Below, in pieces: positions 59,690 to 64,000 of a DNA stretch of 64,000 nucleotides. Origin of the DNA: Candidatus Bathyarchaeia archaeon (GTDB lineage: Archaea; Thermoproteota; Bathyarchaeia; Bathyarchaeales; Bathycorpusculaceae). A program made the position numbers and the translations under genes. Each line of letters begins with the position of its first letter. Position 1 is the first letter of the stretch. The notes under the pieces were generated by a model. That model did not search any database. It was not told where the DNA came from and saw nothing but the letters and a program-made list of their open reading frames with translations. The stretch covers positions 32,001 through 96,000 of the forward strand of contig JAVZLK010000001.1 of assembly GCA_038883795.1 (NCBI GenBank). Direction: 5' to 3'.

Positions 59690-60748
59690 ATGAAAGCTTT
59701 GGTTTTAAGTGGTGGTCGGGGCACTAGGCTTAGACCTTTAACTTTCACCACTGCAAAACAGCTTATTCCAGTGGCTAACAAGCCAATTTTAGGCTATGTA
59801 TTAGACCATGTAGCCCAAACAGGCATCAAAGATGTTGGCGTTATAATTGCTCCAGAAACAGGAGAGGACGTCAAAAACTATGTTAAAGACGGCAAGGCAT
59901 GGAACATTAACGTAACCTACATACCACAAGAACCCCGTGGGCTGGCGCACGCTGTAAAAACGGCAGAAAATTTTCTCGGCAAAGACAACTTTATCATGTG
60001 CCTAGGTGACAACTTAATAGGAAAAGGCTTCAACACGCTAATACAAAAATTTGAAAACGAAAACCTAGACGCCCTAATACTGCTAAAAGAAGTTGAAGAC
60101 CCAACAAGATTCGGCATAGCAGTACTAGACGAAAAAGACAATGTCATAAAACTAGTTGAAAAGCCGAAAACTCCGCCAAGCAACCTAGCGTTAGTAGGCG
60201 TTTATATATTCTCAAACAGAATCCACAAAGCCATAGAACACATAAAACCCTCATGGCGTGGGGAACTCGAAATAACAGATGCCATACAAGAGATGATAAA
60301 CATGGGCTATAAAGTGAAAGCGGAAAAGCTTGAAACGTGGTGGCTAGACACAGGCAAAAAAGATGACATATTATATGCTAATGCAAAAATCCTAGATGAA
60401 TATATAAAGCAGGAAATAAAAGGCGAAATAATAGAAGGCAAAGTTGAAGGAAGAGTAACTATACAAAAAGGAGCAAAAATAATAAACAGCACAGTAAGAG
60501 GACCAGCAATAATAGGCGAAAACTGCCTTATAGAAAATTCCTTCATAGGACCATACACAAGCATAGGAAACAACACCCAGATAACAGAAAGCAACATCGA
60601 ATACAGCGTAATACTAGAAAACGCCTCAATAAAAGGCGTTGAAAGACTCGAAGAAAGCCTGATAGGAAGAAGCACCAAAATTATAAAAAACCAAAAACAC
60701 AAAACCCTAAAGCTCAACATAGGCGACTATTCAGAGGTAGAAATATGA
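59690..60748 (+). CDS. rmlA: Glucose-1-phosphate thymidylyltransferase (long form)
   Basis: GGRGTRLRP, KQLIPVANKP, EKP, RGELEITD, hexapeptide-repeat C-terminus. Confidence 0.93.
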   Translation: MKALVLSGGRGTRLRPLTFTTAKQLIPVANKPILGYVLDHVAQTGIKDVGVIIAPETGEDVKNYVKDGKAWNINVTYIPQEPRGLAHAVKTAENFLGKDNFIMCLGDNLIGKGFNTLIQKFENENLDALILLKEVEDPTRFGIAVLDEKDNVIKLVEKPKTPPSNLALVGVYIFSNRIHKAIEHIKPSWRGELEITDAIQEMINMGYKVKAEKLETWWLDTGKKDDILYANAKILDEYIKQEIKGEIIEGKVEGRVTIQKGAKIINSTVRGPAIIGENCLIENSFIGPYTSIGNNTQITESNIEYSVILENASIKGVERLEESLIGRSTKIIKNQKHKTLKLNIGDYSEVEI

Positions 60749-61260
60749 AAGAATACCCACTTAAAGGAGTTAGAGTTCAAGAAATAAACGTAATACCAGA
60801 CGAAAGAGGATTTTTCGCAGAAGCCTTAAGACAAGATTGGAAAGACCTCCTCGAAGAAGAATGGATAACACAAGCCAACATAAGCTACAGTTACCCAAAC
60901 ATTGTCAGAGCATGGCACAAACACGAAAGAGGACAAGTGGACTATTTCCTTGTCTTGAAGGGAGCCATGAAAATTTGCGCTTATGAAGAAGAAACTGGAA
61001 GGATGGTTGAAATCATAGCCAGCGAGGAAAAACCGTCAATAGTGCGGATACCGGGAAAATACTTGCATGGAACCAAAACCGTCAGCAACATACCATCCTT
61101 AACGGTTTACTTTGTCACAAAACTTTACGATTACAAAAACCCAGACGAAAAACGCAGACCATGGAACGACCAAAAAATAATTCCTACAGAAATAAACGGC
61201 AAAAAGGACGACCCAAGAGTCGGCAAACCATGGGACTGGTTCCACCCACCACATAAGTAG
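60745..61260 (+). CDS. rmlC: dTDP-4-dehydrorhamnose 3,5-epimerase family
   Basis: DERGFF, QANISYS, RAWHKH, HG. Confidence 0.88.
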   Translation: MKEYPLKGVRVQEINVIPDERGFFAEALRQDWKDLLEEEWITQANISYSYPNIVRAWHKHERGQVDYFLVLKGAMKICAYEEETGRMVEIIASEEKPSIVRIPGKYLHGTKTVSNIPSLTVYFVTKLYDYKNPDEKRRPWNDQKIIPTEINGKKDDPRVGKPWDWFHPPHK

Positions 61261-61272
61261 GAGGCGTAAACA

Positions 61273-62289
61273 CTGAAAGTTTTAGTAACTGGTGGAGCAG
61301 GTTACATAGGGTCTATCCTTTTAAGGCTTCTTTTGGAAAAAGGCTACAATGTAGTGTGTTTAGATAGGCTTTTCTTCGGAAAAGACCCAATAAAAGACAT
61401 AGCCGATAAAATAAAACTGATCAAAGATGATGTTAGGTGGTTTAAGCCTGAAATCCTAAAGGGCGTAGACGCGGTATTCGATTTGGCATCACTTTCAAAT
61501 GACCCCAGCGGAGAACTTGACCCGCAAAAAACGTTAGAAATAAACTATAAGGGAAGGGTTAGAGTAGCTAAACTTTCCAAAAAATATGGTGTAGCCAGAT
61601 ATGTTTTAGCCAGCACATGCAGCGTTTATGGATTCCAAGAGGGCATTTTAACGGAAGAATCCAAACTTAATCCGTTAACGACGTATGCAAAAGCCAACGT
61701 CCTCGCAGAAAAAGAAATCCTACCATTAGCAGATAAATCCTTCACTGTAACAGCCCTTAGACAAGCCACAGTTTATGGATTTTCTCCAAGAATGAGGTTT
61801 GATCTGGCAATAAATGGAATGGTGCTTGGCTTTTTCAAAAATGGTAAAATCCCAATAATGAGAGATGGAAAACAATGGCGCCCCTTCATCCATGTGAAAG
61901 ACACATCAAAAGCCTTCATTACAGTTTTAGAGGCCGAACAAGACCTTGTTAATGGTCAAATCTTTAATGTCGGCAGTGATGAGCAAAATGTTCAAATTTT
62001 CAATTTAGCAAAGCTTGTGGCGGAATCCATCAACTTGCCATTCAATTATGAATGGTATGGCTCTCCAGACACAAGAAGCTACAGAGTAAGCTTCAAAAAA
62101 ATCAAGAAAACATTAAACTTTAAGCCCCAATATACGCCAAAACATGGAGCAAGGGAAGTGTTCGATGCTCTAAAGGAAGGAAGATTAAATGCTGACGACC
62201 CAAGAACAATAACAGTCAAATGGTACAAGCATTTACTTGAAACGCACACATTCATAAAGGACATTGAAGTTAAAGGAGCAATCTTATGA
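61273..62289 (+). CDS. NAD-dependent epimerase/dehydratase (extended SDR), CTG start
   Basis: CTG-KVLVTGGAGYIG directly after a GGAGG SD and an in-frame TAA; SNDP, STCSVYG, RMRFDL. Confidence 0.88.
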   Translation: MKVLVTGGAGYIGSILLRLLLEKGYNVVCLDRLFFGKDPIKDIADKIKLIKDDVRWFKPEILKGVDAVFDLASLSNDPSGELDPQKTLEINYKGRVRVAKLSKKYGVARYVLASTCSVYGFQEGILTEESKLNPLTTYAKANVLAEKEILPLADKSFTVTALRQATVYGFSPRMRFDLAINGMVLGFFKNGKIPIMRDGKQWRPFIHVKDTSKAFITVLEAEQDLVNGQIFNVGSDEQNVQIFNLAKLVAESINLPFNYEWYGSPDTRSYRVSFKKIKKTLNFKPQYTPKHGAREVFDALKEGRLNADDPRTITVKWYKHLLETHTFIKDIEVKGAIL

Positions 62290-63149
62290 AAATAGTGGTC
62301 ATAGGCTCCACGGGGCAACTTGGCACAGATCTTATGAAAATACTGAAAAATGAACATGAAACAATCGGCTTAACACACCAAGACATAGAAGTAACAGATT
62401 ACAATTCATGTCAAATCTTGAAGAAATATCACCCAGACGTTGTCATAAATACTGCTGCATTCCACAAAACAGATCAATGTGAAGAAGAGCCAACGAAAAC
62501 CTTTGCGGTAAACGCTGTGGGAGCCAAAAATATAGCCACAATTTCAAAAGAAGTTGATGCTACAACCACATTCATAAGCACGGATTATGTTTTTGATGGC
62601 TCGAAAAATGAACCATATACGGAAGACGACGCACCAAATCCTATCAACACTTATGGCATTTCAAAATTGGCAGGCGAACTTTTCACAAAACAAAACCCAA
62701 AACATTACATAATTAGAGTCGCAAGCTTGTTTGGTGTAGCTGGAGCCAGCGGCAAAGGCGGAAACTTCATCGAAACAATGATAACTAAAGCCAAAAAAAA
62801 TGAGCCTATAAGCGTTGTGGATGACATGTGGATGAGCCCCACATATACAGAAGACGCAGCCGCAGCAATAAAGAAAATAATAGAATTACAGCTTCCTTTT
62901 GGGGTATACCATGCAACAAATCAAGGCTACTGCACATGGTTCGAATTCGCTCAAGAAATATTTAAAATGGCAAATCTAAACCCAAAACTAACGTCGATTA
63001 AAACAAGCCAGCTTCAAATGAAAGCTAAAAGACCACAATTTTCAGCATTAAAAAGCATAAAACTTCCAAAATACGGCATAAAAATGAGAAGCTGGAAAGA
63101 AGCTCTTTACGATTACTTAATTGAAAAAGGCCATATAAGCCCTCAGTGA
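62286..63149 (+). CDS. rmlD: dTDP-4-dehydrorhamnose reductase
   Basis: GSTGQLG, STDYVFDG, YGISKLAGE, SPTY, RP. Confidence 0.95.
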   Translation: MKIVVIGSTGQLGTDLMKILKNEHETIGLTHQDIEVTDYNSCQILKKYHPDVVINTAAFHKTDQCEEEPTKTFAVNAVGAKNIATISKEVDATTTFISTDYVFDGSKNEPYTEDDAPNPINTYGISKLAGELFTKQNPKHYIIRVASLFGVAGASGKGGNFIETMITKAKKNEPISVVDDMWMSPTYTEDAAAAIKKIIELQLPFGVYHATNQGYCTWFEFAQEIFKMANLNPKLTSIKTSQLQMKAKRPQFSALKSIKLPKYGIKMRSWKEALYDYLIEKGHISPQ

Positions 63150-63168
63150 AATAGGACAAAAGGTGAAG

Positions 63169-64000
63169 ATGGAATTGCATATAGCCCAAATTGGAACAGG
63201 TCGTGTAGGACGCCCAACAGCATATACCATTATGTGCGCGGAACTGGCGGACACAATAACGGTATGCGATACCAAACCGGGGCTTGCCGCAGCCTTCGCT
63301 GAAGAATTAAAACATGTCACAGCAAGTTTAGGATTAGATGTAGAAATAAACGCTTGCGAAAAAGATGAGGAGGTTGCAGGAGCGGACATAATTCTAATTT
63401 CAGCGGGAGAGCCGAGAATTCCGGGGGTTAAAATGAGCAGACGGGACTTGGCGGTTCAAAACGCAAAAATAATCAAGTATATCGCTGAAGTCACGTCTCC
63501 ACGAAATCCCGGTGCAAAATACATTGTTATAACAAATCCTGTGGATGCAATGGCGATGGTTTACAAAAAATACTCTAAGGCTGATTTTGTAATAAGCACT
63601 GGAACAAACCTTGAATCCTTGAGGTTTCGATCAAAACTGGCGGCAACATTAAAAGCGCCGGTGTCCAAGGTTCAAGGCTGGGTTGGTGGGGAGCATGGAG
63701 AGGCTGCGGTTATTCTTTGGTCTACAACAAGAGTGGATAGTTTTCCTGTGAGCGAGTATGTTAAGTCAAGAAACAAAATTTTGCGCAAAGATGAAATAGA
63801 GTCTTACATGAAGGCGATATCAAAATTTGTGGTTGATAATATCGGGGGTACGGAATATGGTCCAGCAGCCTCTTTCAGAGACATTGTTAGGGCTATAGTT
63901 AAAAATACAAGGGAGATAGTTTCGGTGGCAACACCCATGAAGTTTGGGGAGATATCAGAACCAGTTTTTGTTGGAACACCGTTAAAACTTGGAAGTTCCA
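63169..64000 (+). CDS. mdh: Malate/lactate dehydrogenase family (3' end cut by window edge; absent from ORF track)
   Basis: IGTGRVG, SAGEPRIPG..SRRDL..N, TNPVD, GEHG; GGTGA SD; frame open to the window end. Confidence 0.85.
   Translation, partial: MELHIAQIGTGRVGRPTAYTIMCAELADTITVCDTKPGLAAAFAEELKHVTASLGLDVEINACEKDEEVAGADIILISAGEPRIPGVKMSRRDLAVQNAKIIKYIAEVTSPRNPGAKYIVITNPVDAMAMVYKKYSKADFVISTGTNLESLRFRSKLAATLKAPVSKVQGWVGGEHGEAAVILWSTTRVDSFPVSEYVKSRNKILRKDEIESYMKAISKFVVDNIGGTEYGPAASFRDIVRAIVKNTREIVSVATPMKFGEISEPVFVGTPLKLGSS

Overview
Gene-dense archaeal chromosome segment. The archaeal-type ThrRS/ProRS, TFE, aMBF1, Trm56, NAC, EndoQ, tungsten oxidoreductases, GGTGA Shine-Dalgarno sites and frequent TTG starts suggest Bathyarchaeia (inference only). 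From start to end it contains: gcvH and a flavin disulfide reductase; gap (bacterial class I) and pgk; an alpha-glucan/glycogen locus (two full GT4s, a half GT4, GH57, a degenerate NucS-like protein, a small wHTH protein); tldDE; endoQ; a WOR5-like two-subunit tungstoenzyme; threonine catabolism (tdh-kbl); apgM; proS; a FOR-like tungstoenzyme; a five-repeat pilin-like protein; aminotransferases; thrS; the conserved nac/mbf1/hflX/trm56/tfe block; tRNA-Val(TAC) with a non-canonical 25/26 intron; and an approximately 18 kb surface-glycan cluster ending in an rml-like operon and a partial mdh. I saw no CRISPR array, rRNA, integrase or intact transposase. The best leads are the two apparent pseudo-enzymes in the glycogen locus, the penta-domain pilin, WOR5, an F420-type LLM enzyme inside the glycan cluster, a frameshifted methyltransferase, and two genes that appear to need non-canonical start codons. 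All family calls come from motif recognition by eye; no database searches were run.
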